This document shows positions 37,539 through 46,755 of a stretch of 64,000 nucleotides of DNA, piece after piece. Location: the NCBI GenBank assembly GCA_963767735.1, contig CAVYES010000005.1:448001-512000 (forward strand). The letters are read 5' to 3'. A model generated the notes under the pieces. The model saw only the letters and a list, made by a program, of their open reading frames with translations, had not been told where the DNA came from and did not search any database. The first letter of the stretch is position 1, and every line of letters begins with the position of its first letter. A program made the position numbers and the translations under genes. This DNA is from Candidatus Bathyarchaeota archaeon (GTDB taxonomy: Archaea; Thermoproteota; Bathyarchaeia; Bathyarchaeales; Bathycorpusculaceae).

Positions 37539-40298
37539 TTAGATTTCGTTGTTGCTAGGGAAAGGTTGAGGTAACTTCCCTGATTCTACGCTTGAATAGC
37601 CTTCTTTCTTCTTAACGGAATACACAACGTCAGCCACTTCTTCTATTTCGCTATGATGAGTAATTATAAGCATTTGTGGAATTATTCTGCCGCCTTCCCT
37701 AAAAAACGAGTTCAAAATGTTCACCAGTTCCTTGCGTCTTTCCTCATCCAGGTGCGTCGTGGGCTCATCCATAATAACAGTCTCAATCCTGCCGGACAGT
37801 ACCTGAGCAATGGCCAACCTTAGAGCTATTGCCAGAGCAACACGTTCACCCCCACTGATCTGATCGATATCTTGTTCTCCCGAAGGCCCTAATACACTAA
37901 TGTTGTAGTCATCATCAATTTTAATGTCGGAATAAGCAAGATTAAACCTTTCAAACAAGTCTCGTGTAGTTTTCTCAAGAAGAGGTCTAGCTCTAGCGCG
38001 AATCATCTTTTGAATGCCATCCTTGCCATAAGCATCTCTAATTTTGTTCAAAACGATGATGTAATTGTCCACCATTTTCTTTTCTGCGGCTTTTGCTTCA
38101 AGAACTTTAAGCTCTTCTCTATGTCTCTGTGCCTCATCTTCTGCGCTGATTTTGGCCTGCTCAGTTGCTGCAATATCTGCTGTAAAATTCTTCACTTCTT
38201 GGTTCTTGTACTTATAACCATCTTGCTTCGTTGAATGTTCTTTTTCATCATAGCCAAGGTCTTCTAACGCTCGAGTTGTTTTAGAATATTCATCTTTGCA
38301 GTTCCCTAACTCTTTTGAGGTTGATGTTACGCTTGATTCGTATTCAGCCTTTCTTTTCGCAATTGGGAGATTTTGATCGTACTGTTCTTTTATTTTTCTT
38401 AGTCTAACTAGCTCTTTTTGAGGTTCATTAGGTTCATGACCGAGTTTCTCAACCGATAGCGCAAGTGTTTTAGCGACTTCTTGAAGCGCTATACTCAAAG
38501 GTTTCTTTTCTTGTTCGATTGCTTCCTCAGCGGGCATTTTGTCCAGTTGTCGTTTTGCCAATTCATACTCCCTGTAAGAATAATCAAAGGCACCTTTTTC
38601 GCCTTCCACACACTTCAACTCTTCATCAATAGTCGCTAGCATTTCAACCTGATTCTCAAACTTTGAAATCTCCAACTTCGCGCTAGCAACCTCGTTTGAT
38701 GCTTCCGATAGCTCTAATGCCAGGCTCTCTAGCCTTCCAGAGTCAAGAGCATCAATCTGCTTCTTTTTTTCATAAATTTTGTCTCTTTCTCTTTCTGTCT
38801 CCTGAGACTTTATCTTTAATGCAGCAACGTCGTCATTCGCCACTCTTCGGTCCAAAGTATACTTGTTTATCAACTGTGCAACTCGTTCAGGAGACAACTC
38901 GGTGTCACACGTTGGACAGGCCTTAACCTCACTCTCGCTTGAAAATTTCAACAGGTTTTCATCCAATTCCTTAAGACTCTGATTCAAAACACCAATAGCT
39001 GAAGCATTAGCCTTGACTTTTACGTCAAATTCCTTTGCCTTATCCTCCAATCTCTTCTTAACCTTTTCGAGGACTAATCCAATGTTATAAATGGAAACTG
39101 TTTCTTCAAGGGCAGCACAATATTTTGCGATTTCTCCACTCAGGCGCTCATTCCTTCGCTTCTCCTCCTTTTCGCATTTTGCCAGCTCCTTCTTCGCCTT
39201 GACTAACGCCGTATCCGAACCTTCGAACTCTTTGCGGTCGCCTTTTTTCTCGATTAGCAGTTTTTCTTTTTCAAGGAAAAGCGCGTGGTCTTTCGCGTTT
39301 TCTTCTAAAGTCTTTTTGAGTGCCATTAATTCGTCTAGCTTGGTTTGAAGTGCACTTTGTTTGAGTTCTAAGCTATTCTTTTCGGCAAGACAATTTACAT
39401 ATGCGTCCAGAAAAGGAAGCCTATTGACGTTTCCTTCAAGAGTGATTATTATTTCTGTGGCTGAAACAGCTTTTCTGAGTTCCTCTTCCTCTTTTTTCAG
39501 TTTGCCCTCCAAATGTTCAATTCTCTGTCCAGTGATTCCTCTTTCTTTGTCAATCTTGTCAAAGTCTTTCTTCATAGCTGCTAGTTTCTCTAAGTCGGCT
39601 TCAAGATTCTTCAGCTCGCAATCAAGCACCCCTAACTTTTTCTTCTTAGATTCTAGCTGACCGCTGAGTTCTTTCATTCTACCTTCAGCTTGATCTTTTT
39701 GTTTTTCAACAATAGGTTTGCGTGCAAGTTCAGTTTCAAGTTTTATCTGATTATTGACATATTCCTGAATTACGGTTTTCATGCCGTTCCAGGCTCTATC
39801 TAGATCCTCAACTCCGAGTAATCTGGAGATGAGCTCTTTTCTGTCTCCTGGTCTCGCAGTGACAAGTTTTTCGATTTCACCTTGCCTAACGTAAACTGAC
39901 TGCATAAACATGTTTTTATCAATGCCAAGAATTTTCTGGACTTCAGGAACAACAGATCGCTCGCCACCTCTAACCAGCAGATTCTTCTTGTCTCCATCTA
40001 ATCGATATAGACTACCCTTGGCAGCGCCCTTTCGCTCCATTATCCAGTCACTTTCATAACCGATTCCGCCTTCCGTGAAGGCCAAACAAACTTTGCACTT
40101 ATCGGCCTTGGAATTGATGAGATTCTCTTTCTTTCCACGACTACTGCTATCACTGAACAAAGCGAAGCTTATACCGTCCAAAATCGAAGTCTTGCCAGAC
40201 CCGTTGGGTCCGACAATAACGTTGATGCCATAGCCTAACTCCAGCTCGGTTTTTTTATGCGAAATGAAATTTTCAAGCCTAATCTTGTTAAGAATCAT
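37539..40298 (-). CDS. rad50: DNA double-strand break repair ATPase Rad50
   Basis: GPNGSGKT, Q-loop VRQGEI, zinc hook CPTC, ISGGE, IMDEPT, ITHH. Confidence 0.93.
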   Translation of the reverse strand: MILNKIRLENFISHKKTELELGYGINVIVGPNGSGKTSILDGISFALFSDSSSRGKKENLINSKADKCKVCLAFTEGGIGYESDWIMERKGAAKGSLYRLDGDKKNLLVRGGERSVVPEVQKILGIDKNMFMQSVYVRQGEIEKLVTARPGDRKELISRLLGVEDLDRAWNGMKTVIQEYVNNQIKLETELARKPIVEKQKDQAEGRMKELSGQLESKKKKLGVLDCELKNLEADLEKLAAMKKDFDKIDKERGITGQRIEHLEGKLKKEEEELRKAVSATEIIITLEGNVNRLPFLDAYVNCLAEKNSLELKQSALQTKLDELMALKKTLEENAKDHALFLEKEKLLIEKKGDRKEFEGSDTALVKAKKELAKCEKEEKRRNERLSGEIAKYCAALEETVSIYNIGLVLEKVKKRLEDKAKEFDVKVKANASAIGVLNQSLKELDENLLKFSSESEVKACPTCDTELSPERVAQLINKYTLDRRVANDDVAALKIKSQETERERDKIYEKKKQIDALDSGRLESLALELSEASNEVASAKLEISKFENQVEMLATIDEELKCVEGEKGAFDYSYREYELAKRQLDKMPAEEAIEQEKKPLSIALQEVAKTLALSVEKLGHEPNEPQKELVRLRKIKEQYDQNLPIAKRKAEYESSVTSTSKELGNCKDEYSKTTRALEDLGYDEKEHSTKQDGYKYKNQEVKNFTADIAATEQAKISAEDEAQRHREELKVLEAKAAEKKMVDNYIIVLNKIRDAYGKDGIQKMIRARARPLLEKTTRDLFERFNLAYSDIKIDDDYNISVLGPSGEQDIDQISGGERVALAIALRLAIAQVLSGRIETVIMDEPTTHLDEERRKELVNILNSFFREGGRIIPQMLIITHHSEIEEVADVVYSVKKKEGYSSVESGKLPQPFPSNNEI

Positions 40299-41440
40299 GC
40301 CGTCTTCACTTTCTGGAAATATTCATCCGCAATTTTCTGAGCTTCATCAGAATCCCCAACCCTCAGATACTTCCACATCTCCAAAGCAAGCCCAGCCACC
40401 TTCTCGTCCTTGAAGAAGCTCTGAATAACCTGATTGACATTAAACGACCCAGCTTTCAATTCGGGTAATCTCATTTCCGAATCCTCCAAAATCTCAGGCC
40501 TAAAGCCCAAAACAACGTCAGCCAAAGCCCGAGTCAAAATCTGATGGACACTCTGTCTATCAATGTCTTTGCCCTCAACAACCACATGGACAAGAGGCAA
40601 CTTCAACATGCCTTCAAAAGTCTTAACCAGTTCCCTCAGGCTATCCTCAAAATGAACATAATTTAGCTTTACATCAACCTGTGGCCTAATACACTCAAGA
40701 TTAACATCTCTAACCTCGACATCATCGCCCTCAAGATCCACGAGGAAAAAGCCCTTTCCAATTTTCTTCCAACCGCTGATCTCAGTTCTGCTAATAATCT
40801 CCGAAGAACCCGGATAAGCCAGCTCACCCCCGCCAAAGGAAGCTTTAATCCGCTGGTGAAGATGCCCCATAGCAACGTAATCAAAATTTCGTGGAATCTC
40901 ATCTAAACAGACCTCAAAGGCGCCCTCAAAAGGCAAAAACTTGTCAATAGCTTCATGAAGCAGAAGAATTCCGCTTTTGCCATCCAACTGAAGGCCTCCA
41001 AGTTTCTTAAGTTCCTCCAGAAGTAACGGGCGATAGGTCCTGCTTAGATTAGACAACCCCGCAACCAAAACATCTTTTCCACCAATTTTCACCTGTTGAT
41101 GTTGAGCAGTTCCCCCAACACCAAGAATCTGCATTTGATCCTCAAAAAGCACATGAGGCGCCACACCACGACTTTTAGGTCTATCATGATCGCCCAACAC
41201 AGCAAAAACCTTAGCCTTTCCATCCAGCTTAGAGAGAAACCTCTTGAAAGCCCGGTACGCCTGTGGCGGAGGTCTTGGCGAATCAAAAAGATCCCCACAG
41301 TGAACAACAATATCCACATGCTCCTCAAGAATTTTATTGCCGATCTCATCTAAAGCGTCATAAATGTCCTTTTCCCGCTCATCCAAATTGTACTGTTTGT
41401 AACCAAGATGGGTGTCTGCCAGATGCGCAATTCTAACCAT
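40295..41440 (-). CDS. mre11: Mre11 nuclease
   Basis: HLADTHLG, HCGDLFD, LGDHD, AMGHLH, YPGS. Confidence 0.92.
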   Translation of the reverse strand: MVRIAHLADTHLGYKQYNLDEREKDIYDALDEIGNKILEEHVDIVVHCGDLFDSPRPPPQAYRAFKRFLSKLDGKAKVFAVLGDHDRPKSRGVAPHVLFEDQMQILGVGGTAQHQQVKIGGKDVLVAGLSNLSRTYRPLLLEELKKLGGLQLDGKSGILLLHEAIDKFLPFEGAFEVCLDEIPRNFDYVAMGHLHQRIKASFGGGELAYPGSSEIISRTEISGWKKIGKGFFLVDLEGDDVEVRDVNLECIRPQVDVKLNYVHFEDSLRELVKTFEGMLKLPLVHVVVEGKDIDRQSVHQILTRALADVVLGFRPEILEDSEMRLPELKAGSFNVNQVIQSFFKDEKVAGLALEMWKYLRVGDSDEAQKIADEYFQKVKTA

Positions 41441-41441
41441 A

Positions 41442-43061
41442 CTATTGCTTATCCTCCGCTGTGAAGCCTTCGAGTTCATCTCTCAAGCGTTTACTCTGGT
41501 TCTCAGAGGTCTCCTCATTCGCTTTCTCAATGGCCGACTTCATCTTGCTAACTATGTCAATGTCGCTGCCGCCTTCACGAGTCCGCCGACGCTTAACCTT
41601 TACCATAACAGGCGCTCTAGTCATCTCTCCGACAAGCACAGCTTCCCCTGTGTTAAGTCCAGGCAGATCTTCAAGTAAACTCTGCCCTAAGCGTTCCGAA
41701 CTTCTTGCAATCGCTAGTTGGTCGTCAGGATTGGTCATCCGCATAACAATCTGACTGTTGCACTGACTCAAAGCATCAGGATGAATCTTTGAAGGCCGCT
41801 GAGTAATCACAACCAAGAATACGCCAAACTTTCTGCCTTCCGCCGCAATCTTCTTAATAATTCGACTAGATTTTGTGTTGCCTTGAAAAGGAATAAACCG
41901 GTGCGCCTCTTCCACAAAAACAAAAACCGGAAATGGAAACTCGCCGTTAGAAACTTGATCATAAATATCCGATAGCAGCCTAAACGCAATGTAATCCGCA
42001 ACTTCGTCACTTAAACCTGAAAGATCAACATCAGACAAATGCCTGGGCCTAAGCAAAGCGTCAATACCCGTAGAAACGGAAGTGAATACATGCATCTTCA
42101 CAATTTGTTTAACATATTTCTGAGCAGATTTAGCACCTGCAATCTTGTTTTTTTCTACACCTTTTTCTTTCCAGCCATCAGCCTTCAGCTCTTCAAGCAA
42201 ATCCTCAGGCTGAAAAACATCTTTCTTTGCCCTCAAGTATTCAATTGCCTGCTCTAATCCTTCCTGGATATTAGTCATGTTCTTGCCAATATTTGCAATA
42301 AGGCAAATCTCATCAACGTCCAAGTCTGAGAAGCATATTTCATAAGGCTCAACCTTGCCAACTTCCCCCTCAGAGTATCTCCCAGTGCTCGCAGGGTTTC
42401 TGAATATAGTAATTCGGTCAGAAAGTTCATGTCTCTTGCCATCTGCGTTTCTTCCCAAAAACACATAGTCCGCATGTGGATCCAACATTACAATAGTTCC
42501 TCCCTTGGCAAGTAATTCATCAGCGAGAATGCCGGCAAGATACGTCTTCCCCGAACCCGTCTGTGCTAAAAGCGCCAAATGCCTTCTAAACCCTTTAATC
42601 GAAAGCGCCACAGGAACCTCGCTGCGAGTAATCAAACTGCCCACTGCTATTGATTCGTCGATTGGATACGAATAAAACTTCTCAAGCAACTCCGTTGGAG
42701 CAATATAAACGGGCTTTCCTGGAGTGATGGCTTTCTTAGGCAACTGAAGCTCACCTGAATCAGTTAAGAAACCAAGAACTCTTGCTCGCCCCCAAACCTT
42801 GCTGTCCGCAAGGCCTGACTCAATAATCTTTTTGATAATTTCAAAATTCAACTCTTTCGTCAAGGCCTGACTCGCTGACATAACTCTCTCAATCTGAGCA
42901 ATCACTTGAACCTGCTTCATCTGCCCATCCAACTCTTCTTCCGAATAGATCATCAAATACTCCCAACGCGACGGCATCTCACTGGGTTTAGAAGAAAAAT
43001 CAAAAGAAACTGAATTTGCCTCGCCGATTATTATTCCAACTTCTTTAAGGGAACCTGACAC
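41442..43061 (-). CDS. herA: HerA helicase/translocase
   Basis: HAS-barrel N-terminus, RHLALLAQTGSGKT, DPHADY, EEAHRF, EGRKFG, TQRPS. Confidence 0.92.
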   Translation of the reverse strand: MSGSLKEVGIIIGEANSVSFDFSSKPSEMPSRWEYLMIYSEEELDGQMKQVQVIAQIERVMSASQALTKELNFEIIKKIIESGLADSKVWGRARVLGFLTDSGELQLPKKAITPGKPVYIAPTELLEKFYSYPIDESIAVGSLITRSEVPVALSIKGFRRHLALLAQTGSGKTYLAGILADELLAKGGTIVMLDPHADYVFLGRNADGKRHELSDRITIFRNPASTGRYSEGEVGKVEPYEICFSDLDVDEICLIANIGKNMTNIQEGLEQAIEYLRAKKDVFQPEDLLEELKADGWKEKGVEKNKIAGAKSAQKYVKQIVKMHVFTSVSTGIDALLRPRHLSDVDLSGLSDEVADYIAFRLLSDIYDQVSNGEFPFPVFVFVEEAHRFIPFQGNTKSSRIIKKIAAEGRKFGVFLVVITQRPSKIHPDALSQCNSQIVMRMTNPDDQLAIARSSERLGQSLLEDLPGLNTGEAVLVGEMTRAPVMVKVKRRRTREGGSDIDIVSKMKSAIEKANEETSENQSKRLRDELEGFTAEDKQ

Positions 43062-44379
43062 GTCTATAACTCCTTCCGCGAATTATTTTCTCCCCGAACA
43101 ACTTTTCCATATAGGGGACATAGATATTATCAACCGTTTTCTTCTTAAGCCTGACTCTCTCGTCAACATTCTTCAGCCAAAAGTTGTGACAATCCAACCC
43201 ACAGTAACCCGTTGCCAAAACCTTCAAGGCCCCCTCCAAATCCAAAGTCGCTGGCTTATGCCAACCAACATCAACTAGCTTTTGATCCCAAAAAGGAATA
43301 TCAATTCTAATAGGGGAATCACGCCTGTCAAACAAAACATAAAAAGACGCAATAGCGGGAAACTCTGGAATCCCCGCAATAACCTGCGCCGCCTCATCCA
43401 CAAAACCCTTACCCACCTCTCTAAGGGTGTTCGGAAAATTCTTCCTCACATAAGACTTCGGATCTGAACGCGATTCCTCCAACCTCCTAGCCAACCGCGG
43501 TGAAGGCCCAAGAAGCAAAGGCTTAGTGTAGCCCACTGACCCAGAAAAATTCATGACCAGCTGGTAATCAGGCCTAGAACGCGCCAACTCATCAAAAACC
43601 AATCTAATCGTTTCCAACTTCTCGCCATACTTCTGCCTAAAACGCTCAAACTTATGCAACCCCAAAGTCGAGTTGTCCACAACCTCCATAAAAAGAGGCT
43701 TCAACATCCGAGCATCATCATCCTCAATTTCCAATCTCTTCAGATCCTCCCTAAAAATCAGGCTCAACAAATAATCCCTGAAAGAAGTGGACCGGCTCTC
43801 CTTGGCAACACCAAGCAAGAGAACATTGTTCTTTCTGCACAGATCAAGCAACTCTCGATAAACTTTGAAATAATCGAGAAGTATCAAACGCTCCTCTTCC
43901 ACCTTGGACTCAAGCGGAACATGCACCAACCGCCCAAAAAGTGAACCATCAATCAAAATCATGCCACACCCCAGACCGCTCTTCAAAGCATCTATAGCAA
44001 CCTGAAACTCCAGCATCTCCATTTTAACCGAAATAAACTCTCGCTCAGCAACAGAACCGCCTTTAGAGAAAAAGACGTCACTCTCAAGCCGCTTATGCTC
44101 TATTTCCCTGCAAACCGCTAAAGAACGGACAACATAGAAAACGCCTCCAGTTGAAAGCAGATTCGAGTAAACACTAGAATCAACAGCCATAACACTCAAT
44201 TCAGCCAAACTTGCACCAAGCTTCGCTGGATCACTTATTTCAACCCAAAAAGAAGGAAACTTTTCTCTAAAACGATTTGCCAACGGATTTGGCGTACCCT
44301 TCAAGACCTTATCTTTTACTGCATCTTTCTTGGGTGCTAAAGAAGCGGCAAACTCATCAAGAAACTCAGGCATAAACAT
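43045..44379 (-). CDS. nurA: NurA nuclease
   Basis: AVDSS, LIDGSL, GVAKES; first gene of the operon. Confidence 0.85.
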   Translation of the reverse strand: MFMPEFLDEFAASLAPKKDAVKDKVLKGTPNPLANRFREKFPSFWVEISDPAKLGASLAELSVMAVDSSVYSNLLSTGGVFYVVRSLAVCREIEHKRLESDVFFSKGGSVAEREFISVKMEMLEFQVAIDALKSGLGCGMILIDGSLFGRLVHVPLESKVEEERLILLDYFKVYRELLDLCRKNNVLLLGVAKESRSTSFRDYLLSLIFREDLKRLEIEDDDARMLKPLFMEVVDNSTLGLHKFERFRQKYGEKLETIRLVFDELARSRPDYQLVMNFSGSVGYTKPLLLGPSPRLARRLEESRSDPKSYVRKNFPNTLREVGKGFVDEAAQVIAGIPEFPAIASFYVLFDRRDSPIRIDIPFWDQKLVDVGWHKPATLDLEGALKVLATGYCGLDCHNFWLKNVDERVRLKKKTVDNIYVPYMEKLFGEKIIRGRSYRRVRFP

Positions 44380-44662
44380 ACCAACCTTAAGTCATTACAC
44401 ATTGTTGAAACAGAATACTACCGATTATAATTTAAGCGTATTTTCGTTTATGCTCACGCAATAAGCGGCATTTTTCTATCTCTTGAGTTCCGAATTTACT
44501 GTGCTATTTGGCATTCTTTGTAATCTGCGAGGCAAGACTTTTTCCATTCAGAAGGCGTAAAAATCAGCCCTCGCTTAGAGAATGAATTAAACCTTTTTCC
44601 AACATTTATCATGATTTGGTGTTCAGTTACAATCGTGTCAAAGTCGAAACTTGATATTATCT

Positions 44663-45097
44663 TTACGCTCCCTTGAAATAATGCCCATAATTTTCATCAA
44701 CTGGAACAAAGGAGACTTTTCCTCTCAAGCGTTCGATCGGCAAGGTCTTATTCATTCTTGTTATGTTTTTCAAATAGACCCCATGATTCAAATCTATATA
44801 TTGTTCGTGAGATAATCTGTCAATCTCATCTTTGCATAGGGTAACAAACACAGAAGCAAGTGCAGCTGTCCCAAGAAACCGTTTTCCAAATTCTCCAATT
44901 AAATAGAAAACAATCCCATCATTTTCTTTTAAAGAACTTATGTTTGCCACTTTCCGCCCGTCAGAAGTATATTCTCGTAATCCCCAAAAGCCCTCAAGTA
45001 TCCTATGGTTGTAAATTTCAATCCCTTTTCTGTGATATTTCTTATTTTGGTCGTCCTTGACATTAAAAATCAAGAAATCTACCAATTGTTTTAACAC
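44663..45097 (-). CDS. EVE/PUA-like domain protein, apparently frameshifted near the C-terminus
   Basis: FWGL...LKENDGIVFYL...FLGTA; an alternative frame continues FQGSVKIISSFDFDTI. Confidence 0.55.
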   Translation of the reverse strand: MLKQLVDFLIFNVKDDQNKKYHRKGIEIYNHRILEGFWGLREYTSDGRKVANISSLKENDGIVFYLIGEFGKRFLGTAALASVFVTLCKDEIDRLSHEQYIDLNHGVYLKNITRMNKTLPIERLRGKVSFVPVDENYGHYFKGA

Positions 45098-46754
45098 AGC
45101 TTTTCTTAATCATAATAGTCTCAAAAATTTTCCCATGGATAGGCATTTTTTCTAAATCATGCGGCTCAAATTTCATGAGTCCACCAGCATATAACCGATA
45201 TCCCGATTCTTTTTGAACCCAATCAGCAACAGAAAAGTTCAGAACCTTGGTCAGTTCAACCAAGTCTTTAACAGAATATTTTTCTGGAAAATTAAGATAG
45301 ACTCCAAGCAGATTGGTAAGGATATGCACACGTGCTTCATTCACGACGAATTTTGGTATTCCTCTAAACATATAAGTAAATAGCAAATCAGGAGCCCTTT
45401 TTGGTGTCTTTACACTATACCAAGGATCCCTTGCTTTTGACGTAGCCAAAGTATGTAGTCCGAGCGCTTCTCCATCTCTAATATATTGCTTCAGAGTACC
45501 ATGCAAGTCATCAAATTTTATTTTTGAATCTATTGTAAGTAGATAGCATTGCTTTTTTTGTTTGCTGAAATTGTCCATTCTGTCATTGGTAAGAATTGCA
45601 TCGATGAAATCAATAGAAACCTTTGTAGGCATTATTTTTCTTAACCACTTTTGTGGAATAGCAAGTGAGGAAACAGAATCTTCTGTGAGTATGAAAAAAG
45701 CATTCGCTCCTGTTGATATGCCTCGATGGACTGAGGCTAAATCCTTTAACGTAATCGCATTCCTTTTCTTAGTTGCCACTTCTTCAGGTAATTTGGTTTC
45801 AGCTTTTTCCTCTACTGACTCAAAAAATATTACACTCGCAGCAGAATTAACAGCAAGTGATTGGGAAAAATCTCTTCTACTCAAAGGTCCGATAAAATAA
45901 TCATTTCTATCATTATAGATACCCATTTCGTCTATCGAAAACCTTCTTTCGAGACTTGAAAATAGTTTTGAGCCATACCCTGTTCGTCTCATCTCCGAAG
46001 GTAAAATAAAAGCCATTTTTCCTTTGTCGATAAAAGTTGCGGATCTGGCTAAGAAATACGAATGAAGCCCAGCAAGATTCGTTAGCCCGAGCAATTTGCT
46101 CGTTCGGTTTCTTTTTCCAAGTCTGTGAAACCTAACAAACGGTGGGTTAGAAATAATCACATCAAATTTGCTTATGCAAAGTTGTTCAAAATCGGTCCTC
46201 GATAATTCTAAGAAATTGCTATAAAAAATTTTCCATGAACATGGAGCCTTAACCCAGTCAAGGGATAAAGCGGCAGAGAGAGCAAGAAGGGGATCATTTT
46301 CCACGCCAATATAATGCATGGAGTCAGCAATTTCAGGATAAGACTTCAAAATCATAGTTGGAAAGATACCTGTTCCTGTTCCGGGTTCCAATATATTTTG
46401 TCCGTTCTTCAAAGCTAAGCGGTTGATGGTTTCTATCGCAACTTTTTGAGGAGTAAAATATTGTCCATGGTTTTTTCTATATTTTAATTCGGTAGCGTGT
46501 TCAAACAAAAAACTCAGTGTACTCGATATTTCAAAAGGGTTTGGCGTGGTTTTATGAAAAAGTTGCAACATATCTTGAAGATCTCGGGTAAACACCTTTG
46601 CGGGAAACGTCGGACAACAGACAATTCGATTAAGCGTACTATTTGTGCTTAGAGCAAGGAGCATTTGAGGGAGTAACCATTTGTCTTTTTCAACAAACCC
46701 TGTTAGTTCTATCAAAGAGCGATTTGCACCATTATTCTTGAAGGTTGTTGTCAT
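45063..46754 (-). CDS. Gamma-class N6-adenine DNA methyltransferase (Eco57I/PstI-like)
   Basis: GQYFTP, LEPGTGTG, NPPF, RGISTGANAFF; ATG 46754 follows the kinase-HD stop directly. Confidence 0.82.
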   Translation of the reverse strand: MTTTFKNNGANRSLIELTGFVEKDKWLLPQMLLALSTNSTLNRIVCCPTFPAKVFTRDLQDMLQLFHKTTPNPFEISSTLSFLFEHATELKYRKNHGQYFTPQKVAIETINRLALKNGQNILEPGTGTGIFPTMILKSYPEIADSMHYIGVENDPLLALSAALSLDWVKAPCSWKIFYSNFLELSRTDFEQLCISKFDVIISNPPFVRFHRLGKRNRTSKLLGLTNLAGLHSYFLARSATFIDKGKMAFILPSEMRRTGYGSKLFSSLERRFSIDEMGIYNDRNDYFIGPLSRRDFSQSLAVNSAASVIFFESVEEKAETKLPEEVATKKRNAITLKDLASVHRGISTGANAFFILTEDSVSSLAIPQKWLRKIMPTKVSIDFIDAILTNDRMDNFSKQKKQCYLLTIDSKIKFDDLHGTLKQYIRDGEALGLHTLATSKARDPWYSVKTPKRAPDLLFTYMFRGIPKFVVNEARVHILTNLLGVYLNFPEKYSVKDLVELTKVLNFSVADWVQKESGYRLYAGGLMKFEPHDLEKMPIHGKIFETIMIKKSCVKTIGRFLDF

Positions 46755-46755
46755 T

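Noticed and set aside
37539-44379. Many short plus-strand ORFs over the repair operon
   Set aside because: Antisense shadows of well-supported genes
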